Positions 49,187 to 59,967 of a stretch of 63,238 nt of DNA are shown one piece after another. The notes under the pieces are model-generated. The model had not been told where the DNA came from. It did no database searches and worked only from the letters and a program-made list of their open reading frames with translations. Every line of letters starts with the position of its first letter. Position 1 is the first letter of the stretch. The translations under genes were made by a program, and so were the position numbers. The DNA comes from Pseudomonadota bacterium (GTDB taxonomy: Bacteria; Pseudomonadota; Alphaproteobacteria; Rhizobiales; CBDHHC01). Location of the stretch: positions 1 to 63,238 of the forward strand of contig JBCCCO010000006.1 in the NCBI GenBank assembly GCA_039033475.1, in the 5' to 3' direction.

Positions 49187-50719
49187 TCAAGCTGCCATCC
49201 TTCGAGACAACGTCTCACCTCGGTAACTTAGAGCTTCTGCTATATGGATGCGGCCTATGGTCTCCTCTCCATCAAGGTCTGCCAAGGTTCGTGCGAGTTT
49301 GAGCGTGCGGTGATATCCTCTGGCAGAGAGGTGCAAGGTTTCAGCAGCTTCTCGCAAGAGCGTTTCACCCTCTTTATCGGGCTTGGCGATTTCTTCTAGC
49401 GCATGGTTGGCGCACTGGGCATTGCATTTGACTTTGCTCAGCCCCATAGCTTCGAAGCGTTTTTTCTGTAATGCTCTGGCTCGTAAAACGCGCTGCCTGA
49501 CTTCCTGACTTCCTTCTTTTGGAGGTGGAAGCACCAAATCAGCGGCACTGACTGCTGGGACTTCAATTTGAATGTCAATACGGTCGAGCAGAGGACCTGA
49601 GATACGGGATTGGTAGCGTTCTTTGCAGTTTTTGCCCATGGCGCAGGCGTGTCCCGGCTCACCGGCATGGCCACAACGGCACGGGTTCATAGCAGCCACA
49701 AGCTGGATACGGGACGGGTATGTGATGCGGTGGTTGGCCCTTGCAATGGAGATTTCACCTGTCTCCAGAGGTTGACGCAGAGAATCGAGCACTTGCGGCG
49801 TAAACTCTGGCAGCTCGTCTAAAAACAACACCCCCATATGGGCCAGCGCGACTTCTCCCGGCCTCGGCTTTGCGCCGCCGCCAACGAGAGCTGCCATGCT
49901 AGCGGAATGATGCGGGGCACGGAAAGGACGTTCTTGACCGATGCGTCCTTCTGCCAATTCACCTGCCATAGATTGTACCATGCTGACTTCTAACATTTCG
50001 GACGGGTCCAAATCTGGCAGGATTGAGGGAAGACGCTGTGCCAACATGGATTTTCCAGATCCTGGTGGACCAACCATGAGAAAATTATGCCCGCCAGCTG
50101 CTGCCACCTCAAGGGCGCGTTTGGCGCTTTCTTGACCTTTAATTTCTTTTAGGTCTGCACGTTCAGATGTATTTTCCAACATTTTAGGTTCGGGCCGGGA
50201 GAGGCTTTGCAACCCTTTAAAGTGATTGATTAACCCCATCAGATGTTTGGGGGCTAACAGGTCTATATCTGGCGAGGCCCAGGCTGCCTCTGACCCACAG
50301 CTTTCGGGACAAATCAAGCCTTTGTGTAAGGTATTGGCACCAATGGCAGCAGGCAAACCGCCGACCACATGACTGATGGTTCCATCAAGTGCTAATTCCC
50401 CAATCACGCAATAAGATGACAATTGGTCGCTTGGCATCGCGCCAGTTGCCGCCATTAATCCAAGTGCTATCGGGAGATCATAATGGCTGCCTTCTTTGGG
50501 TAAATCGGCTGGAGCCAAATTGACCGTAATGCGTTTTGGTGGCAGGCCAAGGCCAATAGTGTTGAGTGCACCGCGCACACGCTCACGGCTTTCGCCCACC
50601 GCTTTATCAGGCAGCCCGACAATGTTAAAAGCTGGTAAACCTGGCCCGACTTGAACTTGAACATCAACATGGCGGGCTTCTATGCCCACAAAGGCAACGG
50701 TGGAGACTTGTGCGTACAT
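49187..50719 (-). CDS. comM: YifB/ComM AAA+ helicase
   Basis: IVGLPDKAVGESRERV, NLAPADLPKEGSHYDLPIA, GPPGSGKS, RPFRAPHHSAS. Confidence 0.93.
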   Translation of the reverse strand: MYAQVSTVAFVGIEARHVDVQVQVGPGLPAFNIVGLPDKAVGESRERVRGALNTIGLGLPPKRITVNLAPADLPKEGSHYDLPIALGLMAATGAMPSDQLSSYCVIGELALDGTISHVVGGLPAAIGANTLHKGLICPESCGSEAAWASPDIDLLAPKHLMGLINHFKGLQSLSRPEPKMLENTSERADLKEIKGQESAKRALEVAAAGGHNFLMVGPPGSGKSMLAQRLPSILPDLDPSEMLEVSMVQSMAGELAEGRIGQERPFRAPHHSASMAALVGGGAKPRPGEVALAHMGVLFLDELPEFTPQVLDSLRQPLETGEISIARANHRITYPSRIQLVAAMNPCRCGHAGEPGHACAMGKNCKERYQSRISGPLLDRIDIQIEVPAVSAADLVLPPPKEGSQEVRQRVLRARALQKKRFEAMGLSKVKCNAQCANHALEEIAKPDKEGETLLREAAETLHLSARGYHRTLKLARTLADLDGEETIGRIHIAEALSYRGETLSRRMAA

Positions 50720-50813
50720 TCTTAAAGTGACCTATATGAAACAATAAGCATTTCTTAAGAACAATACATGAACAAATATAATTTGTATTGGTTCTTTCTG
50801 TCTTTCTCCACAT

Positions 50814-51767
50814 CTATTTATTTTTGTTATGGTGTTTTTCTTCAATTACATCCCATAAGTGACTTGCGATATCTTCACCGCTTAGGCGTTTGGCTTCACG
50901 AATACCTGTTGGAGAGGTCACATTTATTTCGGTTAACTGGTCCCCGATAATATCGATACCCACGAAAAGCAGTTCTCGCTTTTTAAGTTCAGGACCTATG
51001 CGGGCGCAAATTTCTCGATCTCTGTCGGTTAAATCGAGCTGAACAGGTGTACCACCGATGTGCATATTAGATCTGGTTTCATTTTCTGCTGGAACGCGGT
51101 TAATGGCCCCTGCAATTTCGCCATCAACTAGGATAATGCGTTTGTCACCTTGGCGTACGTCCGCCAGATATTTCTGCACGATAAAAGGTTCGCGGAAAAT
51201 GCCCTGAAACAGCTCAACGAGCGAGCTCAGATTGCTATCGCCTGGTTGAATGCGAAAAACCCCAGCGCCGCCATTGCCATAAAGCGGTTTGACAATAATA
51301 TCTTCGTGCTCTTTGCGAAAATCTATCGCATCTTGCAAGGATTTGGTAATTAGTGTTGGCGGGGTGAGGTCCAGAAATTCAGTAACAAGAAGTTTTTCGG
51401 GGGCATTGCGCACTTCAGCGGGGTTATTGATCACAAGGGTTTCAGGGTGGATCCGCTCTAATATATGTGTTGTGGTAATGTAAAACATATCAAAGGGCGG
51501 GTCTTGACGTAAATGGAGTACATCGATATCAGCTAAATTTTTGGTCTGGCGCGCTCCATATTCAAAGTGTTTCCCTTGTGTGTCCTGAACTTTTAGATCA
51601 CATCCGGTGGCATATACTTTGCCATCGCGCATGTTTAAATTTTCTGGCGTGTAATAAAAAATCTCATGACCGCGTGATTGTGCCTCTAGTAACAGAGCGA
51701 AAGTTGAATCTCCTTTGATATCAATATGTTCTATGGGGTCCATTTGGACTGCTGTTTTCAAAGGCAT
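50814..51767 (-). CDS. gshB: Glutathione synthetase
   Basis: [20 protein letters not shown]. Confidence 0.98.
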   Translation of the reverse strand: MPLKTAVQMDPIEHIDIKGDSTFALLLEAQSRGHEIFYYTPENLNMRDGKVYATGCDLKVQDTQGKHFEYGARQTKNLADIDVLHLRQDPPFDMFYITTTHILERIHPETLVINNPAEVRNAPEKLLVTEFLDLTPPTLITKSLQDAIDFRKEHEDIIVKPLYGNGGAGVFRIQPGDSNLSSLVELFQGIFREPFIVQKYLADVRQGDKRIILVDGEIAGAINRVPAENETRSNMHIGGTPVQLDLTDRDREICARIGPELKKRELLFVGIDIIGDQLTEINVTSPTGIREAKRLSGEDIASHLWDVIEEKHHNKNK

Positions 51768-51806
51768 TGCTTTCTCCCGGTTGATGTATTTTTTTGTATT
51801 TAGATT

Positions 51807-52181
51807 TTAGTTTTGTATAAAAGCATTCTTGATATGGCGTGGCCATTTCCACGGTGCAAGGCAAATCACATCAAATCTTATATCGTTTTCGTGATATTGG
51901 GGAAAGCGTTGCAGCCAGTGTTCTGCAGCTCTGATAATCCTTTGCTGTTGATGCGGGGTAACTGCCCAGGCCCCTGCATTTAGGTTTGCGCGCAATTTAA
52001 CCTCACAAAAACAAAGAAGAGAGGAGCGCTTTGCGATAACATCTACTTCACCCACCGGTGCACGATGGCGTTTTGCCAAAATTTGATAACCTTTTAGCAT
52101 AAGATATGCAGTGGCGATGCTCTCTGCATAATGGCCTTTTTGATAATTTTTTATTCGTTTTTTGTGAGATGATGCGGGCAT
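51807..52181 (-). CDS. yraN: YraN family nuclease
   Basis: G..AE..A..YL, GEVDVIA, FCEVK, RFDVI. Confidence 0.92.
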   Translation of the reverse strand: MPASSHKKRIKNYQKGHYAESIATAYLMLKGYQILAKRHRAPVGEVDVIAKRSSLLCFCEVKLRANLNAGAWAVTPHQQQRIIRAAEHWLQRFPQYHENDIRFDVICLAPWKWPRHIKNAFIQN

Positions 52182-52316
52182 ATCAATGTTATTTATAGGT
52201 CCTAAGCCAAATATTTAAGCGGATTTTTGTTGTTTTTCATACCTTATGTCCCCATTATCATGATAATTTAAACAATCAAAGAACGATGCGTATGATATGA
52301 AAAGAATATGCCCCGA

Positions 52317-52460
52317 CGTCATTCCCGCGAAAGCGGGAATCTTATTGTATATCAGTCTGTTGAAAACTCTTGAGTTTTTGGCCCGAGATCCCGGCTCGCG
52401 CGCCGGAGCATTTTTCTTATCACAATCCACCTTTGGGGCCGGCGCTTGGCCGGGATGACG
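52317..52460. repeat. CGTC-tagged REP-like heterodimer with an enlarged loop
   Basis: CGTCATTCCCGCGAAAGCGGGAATC ... GAGATCCCGGCTCGCGCG...CTTGGCCGGGATGACG; same two units as at 44719, in mirror order. Confidence 0.88.
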
Positions 52461-52537
52461 GAGGAGACGTGCCTTTTGGCTTTTCAAAGGCAAACCATGC
52501 ATAACATGAAGTACTTTTTTTATTATATGAATTCCTT

Positions 52538-53770
52538 ATGACCTATCTCATTCACCCTAGGCATGAAACAGTACCTGTTTTGGTTGGGAACGTTCAAGTT
52601 GGTGGCAATGCGCCGATTGTGGTGCAATCCATGACCAATACGGACACGGCTGACATTCCAAAGACCATTGGGCAGGTGGCAAGCCTGGCAAGGGCCGGGT
52701 CAGAGATTGTGCGTATAACCGTTGATCGGCCAGAAGCTGCGGCAGCTGTACCGCATGTCCGAGATGCGTTGCGCTTACAGAATATTAATGTGCCTCTTGT
52801 GGGGGATTTTCATTACATTGGTCATAAGTTGCTTGCGGATTATCCTGAATGTGCTGAAGCGCTTGATAAGTACCGGATAAACCCAGGCAATGTCGGTTTT
52901 AAGGACAAACGCGATCTGCAATTCTCTCAGATCGTTGATATTGCGCTTAAATATGACAAGCCGGTCCGCATTGGTGTGAATTGGGGGAGTCTTGATCAGG
53001 ATTTGCTGACCCGCCTGATGGATGAAAATGCGAAGACGCCAGAGCCTAAAGAGCCGCAATTTGTGATGCATGAGGCTATTGTGCAGTCCGCTCTCTTGAG
53101 TGCTGAGCGCGCCGAACAATTGGGAATGCCTGCTGAAAAAATTATTCTGTCGGCAAAAGTGAGTGCAATTCAAGATCTTGTGTGTGTTTATACAATGCTT
53201 GCAGAGCGGTGTCGTTATGCGCTGCATTTGGGGCTTACAGAGGCTGGCATGGGATCTAAAGGCATTGTTGCCTCGAGCGCGGCCCTTGGAATTTTATTGC
53301 AGCAAGGCATTGGCGATACCATTCGCATTTCTCTAACGCCAGAGCCTGGGGGTGACAGAACCCGTGAGGTTCTTGTCGCGCAAGAGTTGTTGCAAACGAT
53401 GGGACTGCGAACTTTTCTGCCTATTGTTGCCGCTTGTCCAGGGTGCGGTCGCACGACAAGCACTGTGTTTCAAGAGCTTGCCCAGGATATTCAAAATCAT
53501 ATTCGCGATAGTATGCCAAAATGGAAAACGCAGTATCCTGGAGTAGAGACACTTAACTTGGCTGTAATGGGATGCATTGTAAATGGCCCTGGCGAATCCA
53601 AACATGCTGATGTGGGTATCAGTTTACCTGGAACAGGAGAAACACCTGCTGCCCCTGTTTTTATTGATGGCCAAAAAGCCATGACATTGCGCGGCCCAAA
53701 CATTGCCGATGAGTTTAAGGCAATTGTTGCAAATTATATTGAAGAGCGATTTGGTGGGGGGGCTGGTTAA
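52538..53770 (+). CDS. ispG: HMBPP synthase IspG
   Basis: [41 protein letters not shown]. Confidence 0.98.
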   Translation: MTYLIHPRHETVPVLVGNVQVGGNAPIVVQSMTNTDTADIPKTIGQVASLARAGSEIVRITVDRPEAAAAVPHVRDALRLQNINVPLVGDFHYIGHKLLADYPECAEALDKYRINPGNVGFKDKRDLQFSQIVDIALKYDKPVRIGVNWGSLDQDLLTRLMDENAKTPEPKEPQFVMHEAIVQSALLSAERAEQLGMPAEKIILSAKVSAIQDLVCVYTMLAERCRYALHLGLTEAGMGSKGIVASSAALGILLQQGIGDTIRISLTPEPGGDRTREVLVAQELLQTMGLRTFLPIVAACPGCGRTTSTVFQELAQDIQNHIRDSMPKWKTQYPGVETLNLAVMGCIVNGPGESKHADVGISLPGTGETPAAPVFIDGQKAMTLRGPNIADEFKAIVANYIEERFGGGAG

Positions 53771-53789
53771 TTTATTGCGCGGTTGTGCT

Positions 53790-54686
53790 CTAGTACTCTC
53801 TTTTGCTGACAAATTCAGCTGCTTCTATCAGACTTTCTGCTCTTACACCAAATGGGGCAAGGCTTTCAATTGCTTTTGTTTGCAGGTCTTGAAGTGCCGT
53901 TTTTGCACCATTGATGCCAAGGACAGACACAAAGGTGGCTTTGCCAGCTTTGCCATCTTTGGCGTTAGATTTGCCCATTTTTTCAGGATTGCCCTCAACA
54001 TCCAGTAAATCATCTGCGATTTGAAAGGCTTGACCAAGGCAATTGCCGTAGGTTTTTAGAGCTATTTTTTCCTCAAGCGAGGCACCACCCAAGATGGCCC
54101 CAGCTTCACATGCAAAGGTTATAAGTGCTCCGGTTTTATAAGTTTGAATTTGTTTGATATCTTCAAGACTATGATTTTGCGCTGTTTCTGCTTTTAGGTC
54201 TAAGGCCTGACCGCTCACCATGCCGGACCAACCCGCTGCTCTTGCAAGATTTAAACTGAGTTCAGAGCGTACGTTGGCATCTTGAATTGTCTCTGGGTCA
54301 TTTAATAATTCAAAGCCTAAGGTTAATAATGCATCGCCGGTTAAAATTGCGGTGGCTTCATCAAAGGCTATATGGACTGTTGGACGCCCACGGCGCATCT
54401 CATCATTGTCCATTGCAGGCAAGTCATCATGCACCAAAGAATAACAATGCACCACCTCTAAAGCTACTGCGACAGGAACAGATGTTTCTGGTTCTACATC
54501 AAATAACTTCGCGGTTTCCATGACCAAAAAGGGGCGAAACCGCTTGCCCCCACCAAGTACCGCATAGGCCATAGCTTCGGCGATATCTTCTGAAGGACTG
54601 TGTTGTTGAATATGCTCTGATAAAAACTTACTTAGTGTTTCTGAGGTGAGTTGCGCGTATGACTTAAGCTTTTGGGTAAATGTCAT
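53790..54686 (-). CDS. ispA: Farnesyl diphosphate synthase / polyprenyl synthetase
   Basis: GGKRFRP, HDDLPAMD..RRGRPT, FQIADDLLD. Confidence 0.92.
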   Translation of the reverse strand: MTFTQKLKSYAQLTSETLSKFLSEHIQQHSPSEDIAEAMAYAVLGGGKRFRPFLVMETAKLFDVEPETSVPVAVALEVVHCYSLVHDDLPAMDNDEMRRGRPTVHIAFDEATAILTGDALLTLGFELLNDPETIQDANVRSELSLNLARAAGWSGMVSGQALDLKAETAQNHSLEDIKQIQTYKTGALITFACEAGAILGGASLEEKIALKTYGNCLGQAFQIADDLLDVEGNPEKMGKSNAKDGKAGKATFVSVLGINGAKTALQDLQTKAIESLAPFGVRAESLIEAAEFVSKREY

Positions 54687-54804
54687 AAAGCTGTCCTAGA
54701 CTTTAGTGCCTGTGAGTTTGTAATAATTTACAAGTTTTAAGCTGAAACATATTATCGGCATGCTATATATCGATGCAGGCTTCAAAATACATGTGTGATA
54801 CATC

Positions 54805-55545
54805 ATGCGTTATACTCAGAGTTTTAAGCAAACATTGTCATCTTTAAGGGCTTCTCGAACATTTTTAGGTGTTCCGAAACGGGCTTGGGTGCGTGTTTTG
54901 CTGTGGAGCCCTGCCGCACTTGCCATCTACGTGCTTAGCTTGATTGTGTTTTATTCTGTTATCAATCCTCCACTTTCAGCATTCATGTCAAGTCATGTTC
55001 TATCTGGTGGAACACTGAAGCATACCTGGGTGCCAATGGAGAAAATCTCAAGGCACTTGCCGATTGCTGTTATTGTTGCTGAAGATGCAAAATACTGTAG
55101 CCATAACGGCGTGGATTGGGATGCTGTACGGCTGGTGTTATCTGATCTTGAAGAGGACAGACCTCCACGCGGTGCCAGTACGATTTCTATGCAAACAGTA
55201 AAGAACCTTTTTCTTTGGTCTGGTCGCAGCTATGTGCGTAAATCTCTTGAAGTGCCTCTTGCCTATATCACATCTTTATTTTGGTCTAAGCGCCGTATGA
55301 TGGAAATTTACCTGAATATTGTGGAATGGGGCCCTGGAGTTTATGGTGCAGAAGCGGCCAGCCGATATCATTTTGGCAAGACGGCTGTTGCCCTTAACTC
55401 GCATGAGGCTGCTTTGCTGGCAGCGGCTTTGCCAAATCCGATTGGGCGCAGAGCCGGCCGACCTGGACCTAAGACCCGGCGGATTGGCCGGGTTGTGAAA
55501 CTGCGGATGCATGGAGCATCACGCTTTGCAACGTGTTTAAGGTAA
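54805..55545 (+). CDS. mtgA: Monofunctional peptidoglycan transglycosylase
   Basis: AEDAKY..H.GVD, RGASTISMQTVKNLFLW, YLNIVEWG. Confidence 0.94.
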   Translation: MRYTQSFKQTLSSLRASRTFLGVPKRAWVRVLLWSPAALAIYVLSLIVFYSVINPPLSAFMSSHVLSGGTLKHTWVPMEKISRHLPIAVIVAEDAKYCSHNGVDWDAVRLVLSDLEEDRPPRGASTISMQTVKNLFLWSGRSYVRKSLEVPLAYITSLFWSKRRMMEIYLNIVEWGPGVYGAEAASRYHFGKTAVALNSHEAALLAAALPNPIGRRAGRPGPKTRRIGRVVKLRMHGASRFATCLR

Positions 55546-55551
55546 TAGATT

Positions 55552-55941
55552 TTATGAGGAAAATGCAAAGTAGCGGGAGCCTAAATAATTTGCGATCAAA
55601 GCAATAGCGGATGCAATAACAAGAGCGATAAATGGTGTTATGGGGGGTTGAGATATGAGTATGCCTGTAAAAATAAGAAAATTGAGTGCTGCTCCTGATA
55701 AACCAACAATAATGAATTTGCCGTATTGTGACATTGGTTCTTGGGCCAAAGCTTTAAATGTGTAATTGCGATGCAAAACCCAGGTTACGGTTAATGCCAC
55801 TGCAAGTGAAAAGATGCGGCTTTCAATAGCACCAAAGCCAAGACCTATTCCAAGTTGTAATAGCCCAGCATCAACGATAAACCCGACACATCCTGATATG
55901 CAAAATCGCTTAAAATCCTTGGGTGCTTTTAGATATCTCAT
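55552..55941 (-). CDS. GtrA family membrane protein
   Basis: RF..SG.VGF.VD, HRNYTF, 4 TM; start moved to MRYLK because the upstream ORF extension overlaps a terminator. Confidence 0.82.
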   Translation of the reverse strand: MRYLKAPKDFKRFCISGCVGFIVDAGLLQLGIGLGFGAIESRIFSLAVALTVTWVLHRNYTFKALAQEPMSQYGKFIIVGLSGAALNFLIFTGILISQPPITPFIALVIASAIALIANYLGSRYFAFSS

Positions 55942-55963
55942 GAGACTTAAGGTTGTTTTTAAT

Positions 55964-55997
55964 AAAAAAACGCCCAATTCAAAAAAAATTGGGCGTG
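55964..55997 (-). terminator. Intrinsic terminator
   Basis: Minus strand ACGCCCAATT-loop-AATTGGGCG followed by T7. Confidence 0.85.
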
Positions 55998-56110
55998 TTA
56001 AAGGTTCGTATATACGCAAGCGTCTTTGCGTACAACACCGAAGAGGGATATCGGCGTTAGCGTGTTAACTGAATGCATTTAGGGGGCAAGAGACAATTCA
56101 GTAACACCAT
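55964..56110 (-). ncRNA. Candidate four-hairpin sRNA with C-rich anti-SD loops
   Basis: Minus strand: GTGTTA-CTGAAT[CCCCC loop]ATTCAG-TTAACAC; AACGCCGA[TATCCCTCT]TCGGTGTT; TACGCAA/TTGCGTA; terminator. Confidence 0.65.
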
Positions 56111-56117
56111 GCAACTA

Positions 56118-56144
56118 ATATAGGCTTATCCAGAAAAATTTCAA
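56118..56144 (-). promoter_or_regulatory. RpoH-like promoter of the candidate sRNA
   Basis: Minus strand TTGAA-N15-CCTATAT. Confidence 0.55.
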
Positions 56145-56199
56145 TTCTTGCTGTGGAAAACTTTTGTATGACTTTGGTTGTATACTTTTGTTATGCTCT

Positions 56200-57054
56200 T
56201 TATTGGCTCTCAAAAACTTTCTCTTCACCTAACTTGAACATTTCTGGTTTTAGTGCCTGATCTGTACTGAGGTTACTCACCTGAATCCGTGTATCAAGTC
56301 CTTGGGGATCGGTGATAATCCATTCTTTGAGCTCTAACTCGGGGGCGGTGAAAATAAGCTTTAGTTTGCCTGATGAATCATCTGCTTTATCTGAAACTGT
56401 GATGATTGCAATATCCTGGCCACGAGATACATTCAAAATCTTTGCTTCGGCTAATAGATCAACTTTTTGATTTAGCAAAAGTTTGAAGGGTGTTGATTCA
56501 AGTGGATAACGCTCCATAGAGCCGATATCATGATCTTCTATGGACAAAAATTCACTGTCAGACACAATACGTAATTTGCTTGGCGGGGCATAGTCGAAAC
56601 GCAAACGACCTGGCCTTTTAACAAAGAACTTACCTTTTGACTGCTGATTTTCCGGATTGGTTTGAATAAATGCACCCTGGAGATCAATGATACCATTAAA
56701 ATAATCACTGACTTTTTGTACAAATTCTGCGGTTTCATCATCCATGTCTATGGGTTGGTTAGGATTTTTTTCAGTCACTTCTGTATTCCAACCCTGATTT
56801 GGAGTGCCGCCAACAGGATTGGGCGGGGGGGCTGGTTGAGCTGGATCAGTTGGAATGACTGGTTGAACAGGCTTAATTTGTTGATTGTTCTGGCTACTCG
56901 GATTTGGCTGCTGGGGTGCCGACTTTTGGGGGTGCCATGAATTGTTATTTGGTGTTTGTGCTGATGTTAATTGTACGTTCAAAATGTACGCTGTGAAAAT
57001 AAAGACATAACATAAGCTTTTTATTACGGTCTTAGATATACGCCCTGTCTTCAT
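56200..57054 (-). CDS. lolA: Outer-membrane lipoprotein carrier LolA family protein with Pro/Gln-rich N-terminal extension
   Basis: GAFIQ, GKFFVKRPGRLRFDY, TPFKLLL; downstream of ftsK. Confidence 0.85.
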   Translation of the reverse strand: MKTGRISKTVIKSLCYVFIFTAYILNVQLTSAQTPNNNSWHPQKSAPQQPNPSSQNNQQIKPVQPVIPTDPAQPAPPPNPVGGTPNQGWNTEVTEKNPNQPIDMDDETAEFVQKVSDYFNGIIDLQGAFIQTNPENQQSKGKFFVKRPGRLRFDYAPPSKLRIVSDSEFLSIEDHDIGSMERYPLESTPFKLLLNQKVDLLAEAKILNVSRGQDIAIITVSDKADDSSGKLKLIFTAPELELKEWIITDPQGLDTRIQVSNLSTDQALKPEMFKLGEEKVFESQ

Positions 57055-57345
57055 TATTATACTCCCTAATTGGTCTTAACATAACACCGTAAAGACCCTA
57101 ATTTCTTTCTTTGTTATATTACGCTTTGCCTCAGTGCGTAAGGATAAAATTTTAGCTTTTTTTAGTGTTATTGTGAATTGCTAACTTTTATTTTTTTAGC
57201 GCCAGAGTTATTTTATTTTGGATCTGATACTTAATTTTAATGCTTTGAACAAATTGCATGTTTACGGCATTTTCGCAAGTTTAATGAAAGAGATCGAACT
57301 TTTAATTTTTCACTCTTAAGCTTATCTACTTAGTAATGGATTGTT

Positions 57346-59913
57346 CTAGTTCACTAAAATGTCTCGTCTTCCTGATCGATTTGGGGGGCTAATCAAACCT
57401 TCATGTTCCATCTGCTCAATAAGGGTTGCAGCTTTGTTATATCCGATGGATAATCTGCGTTGAACATAACTGATAGAAACTTTTTTATCGCGTAAAATAA
57501 TGTCAACGGCTTTATCATACAGCGAGTTTTCTGCGTCTTGTTTGGTCTGTTCTGTATCTTCTGGCTGCTCTTCTTCTTTGGTAATCTCTGCGATATACTC
57601 TGGAACGCCTTGATTTTTTAGTACATCTACTACTTTTTCAATTTCTTCATCGCTGACAAAGGGACCATGGGCACGTGTGATACGCCCCCCATTGGCCATG
57701 TAGAGCATATCTCCAGCACCTAGTAACTGTTCTGCGCCTTGTTCTCCAATAATGGTGCGACTGTCAATTTTTGATGAGACTTGGTAGCTTATGCGTGATG
57801 GGAAATTGGCTTTTATTGTACCTGTTATAACATCAACACTTGGCCGCTGTGTGGCCATAATTAAGTGTATACCCGCTGCACGTGCCATTTGTGCTAAGCG
57901 TTGCACTGTTGCCTCAATATCTTTGCCTGCAACCATCATCAAATCTGCCATTTCATCAATAATAACGACGATATATGGCATTGTTTCAAGTTCGATATCT
58001 TCATTTTGGTATATGGCTTGTCCGGTTTCCTTATCAAAGCCTGTTTGCACTGTTCTTGACAATACTTCACCGTTTGCGATGGCTTGCTGAACGCGATCAT
58101 TGTAACCAGAAATATTCCGGACATTCAGTTTTGACATTTTTTTGTATCGCTCTTCCATTTCCTGCACTGTCCATTTCAGTGCAGTTACAGCCTTTTTGGG
58201 ATCTGTTACAACGGGGGAAAGCAGATGTGGAATGCCATCATAAACCGAAAGCTCAAGCATTTTGGGGTCAATCATGATGAACTTGCATTTATCCGGCGGC
58301 AAACGGAACAATAGTGATAAAATCATGGCATTGATGCCAACAGATTTCCCCGAACCTGTTGTTCCAGCAACGAGCATATGGGGCATCCGCGCCAAATCTA
58401 TAATGACAGAATCTCCAGAAATTGTTTTGCCTAACGCAAGAGGCAAGTCTGCTTGCGTTTGCGTAAACTCTCGGGTTTCAAAAATTTCGCGTAAAAATAC
58501 TGTCTCTCTGGTTTCATTCGGTAGTTCTATGCCAATTGCATTACGCCCAGGCACAACAGCAACGCGGGCTGATATGGCACTCATTGAGCGTGCGATATCA
58601 TTGGCTAGGCCGATAACACGGGCTGATTTTGTACCACGCGCCGGTTCAAATTCATACAACGTCACAACAGGCCCAGCATGGATGTTGTTGACCTCTCCAT
58701 GAACGCCAAAGTCACTTAAGACTTCTTGCAACAGATGCGCGTTTTCAAGTAAAGCTTCACGGGTAAGATGCTTTGCATTTTTAAGCGGTTGGGCTCTGTT
58801 TAATAACCTTGATGTGGGCAGCACAAAGCGGGCTGGGGGCTTTATCTTTTTGGCCTGATTTTGGGGTGATGTTGATTTTTTGTGTTTATGAGTTGCAAAG
58901 CGCAATGAAGAAAACGAAAATCCATTCTTTTTGTGATCTTCCGTTTTTTCCGCATAATCAATCAGCCGATCTTCTGGATTAAAAGCAAGTTCGTTTTCTT
59001 CATTTTCATATTCCAGGTCTTCCTCTTCATCGGTGTCATAATTTGAAAATTTTGGATAGTCATTGAACATTTTTGGTGGTTGCCATTGTTCTACCTTGGG
59101 GGCCTTGTGATGTTGATCATCTGCTTGTTGGTAAACATCGTTCATGTGAGCTGCGGCTCCGCCGAATTGATGATGTTGTAAATTAGCCCGCTTTCTCGCA
59201 TTGCGCTCATAATTGTAACGCTGTGCAATCTCTAAAAAAAAGTTTCGGATTTCAAAACCGACATGAATGAACCAGCCAATGATGCCCAAAAGTGCCGCTT
59301 TTATCCCGAATCCTTCTACATTGAATAAAATCGCAAAATCCTGTAGGCGGATTGCTAAGGAAAAGAGTAACAGGGGTAGGCCTATTGTTAATAATATAAA
59401 ACTTGTTAGCTCTGTACTGGCCTGAAGATGGAGCGAATTTAGGACCGTTGGCAGTTTTACCAAAGCTGCATCACCCAAAATACCACCCAGGCCTAATGGC
59501 AGTGGCCATGTATCTGGTTTGGGAAGCGTTGATATGGTTCCTGCTAAAACCAAAACAGATATTGGCCAAGCGATAATGCGCATTATGCTGGAAGAGGGAA
59601 AGTGATAGGCCATACAATGCCACCCCCAAGCAGCTAATGGCAGAAAAAATAAAATACTTGCCAGGCCTAAAAATTGAAACAATAGATCAGCAAAGCTTGC
59701 CCCCGTGAGGCCAAGGAGATTATTGGGTTGGGTGGAGGTTGCATTATTTAAGCTTGGATCATTTATTGACCAACTGAGTAGGCATAACCAACCGAGTACT
59801 GCCACGGTGAAGAGTGCCATACCAAAAAACTGAATGCACCAGCGTTTGAAGGTTTCTTCCACGCGGTCAGGCAAAAGATGATCTTGGTGTATTGCTGCTT
59901 TACTCACCGCCAT
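57346..59913 (-). CDS. ftsK: DNA translocase FtsK
   Basis: N-terminal TM domain, PHMLVAGTTGSGKS, ATQRPSVDVITG, gamma domain. Confidence 0.98.
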   Translation of the reverse strand: MAVSKAAIHQDHLLPDRVEETFKRWCIQFFGMALFTVAVLGWLCLLSWSINDPSLNNATSTQPNNLLGLTGASFADLLFQFLGLASILFFLPLAAWGWHCMAYHFPSSSIMRIIAWPISVLVLAGTISTLPKPDTWPLPLGLGGILGDAALVKLPTVLNSLHLQASTELTSFILLTIGLPLLLFSLAIRLQDFAILFNVEGFGIKAALLGIIGWFIHVGFEIRNFFLEIAQRYNYERNARKRANLQHHQFGGAAAHMNDVYQQADDQHHKAPKVEQWQPPKMFNDYPKFSNYDTDEEEDLEYENEENELAFNPEDRLIDYAEKTEDHKKNGFSFSSLRFATHKHKKSTSPQNQAKKIKPPARFVLPTSRLLNRAQPLKNAKHLTREALLENAHLLQEVLSDFGVHGEVNNIHAGPVVTLYEFEPARGTKSARVIGLANDIARSMSAISARVAVVPGRNAIGIELPNETRETVFLREIFETREFTQTQADLPLALGKTISGDSVIIDLARMPHMLVAGTTGSGKSVGINAMILSLLFRLPPDKCKFIMIDPKMLELSVYDGIPHLLSPVVTDPKKAVTALKWTVQEMEERYKKMSKLNVRNISGYNDRVQQAIANGEVLSRTVQTGFDKETGQAIYQNEDIELETMPYIVVIIDEMADLMMVAGKDIEATVQRLAQMARAAGIHLIMATQRPSVDVITGTIKANFPSRISYQVSSKIDSRTIIGEQGAEQLLGAGDMLYMANGGRITRAHGPFVSDEEIEKVVDVLKNQGVPEYIAEITKEEEQPEDTEQTKQDAENSLYDKAVDIILRDKKVSISYVQRRLSIGYNKAATLIEQMEHEGLISPPNRSGRRDILVN

Positions 59914-59967
59914 TTTGCGGTTTACTCCTTATACTAAACTCAATACTCTTACAAATAATGGCAGTTT

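Noticed and set aside
49187-52181. yraN-gshB-comM as a novel helicase-nuclease system
   Set aside because: A common gene order, and the ComM-YraN partnership is already described
52215-52502. Short ORFs spanning REP elements (also 44721-44912, 42717-42929, 12311-12532)
   Set aside because: Translations of palindromic repeats with no recognisable protein family
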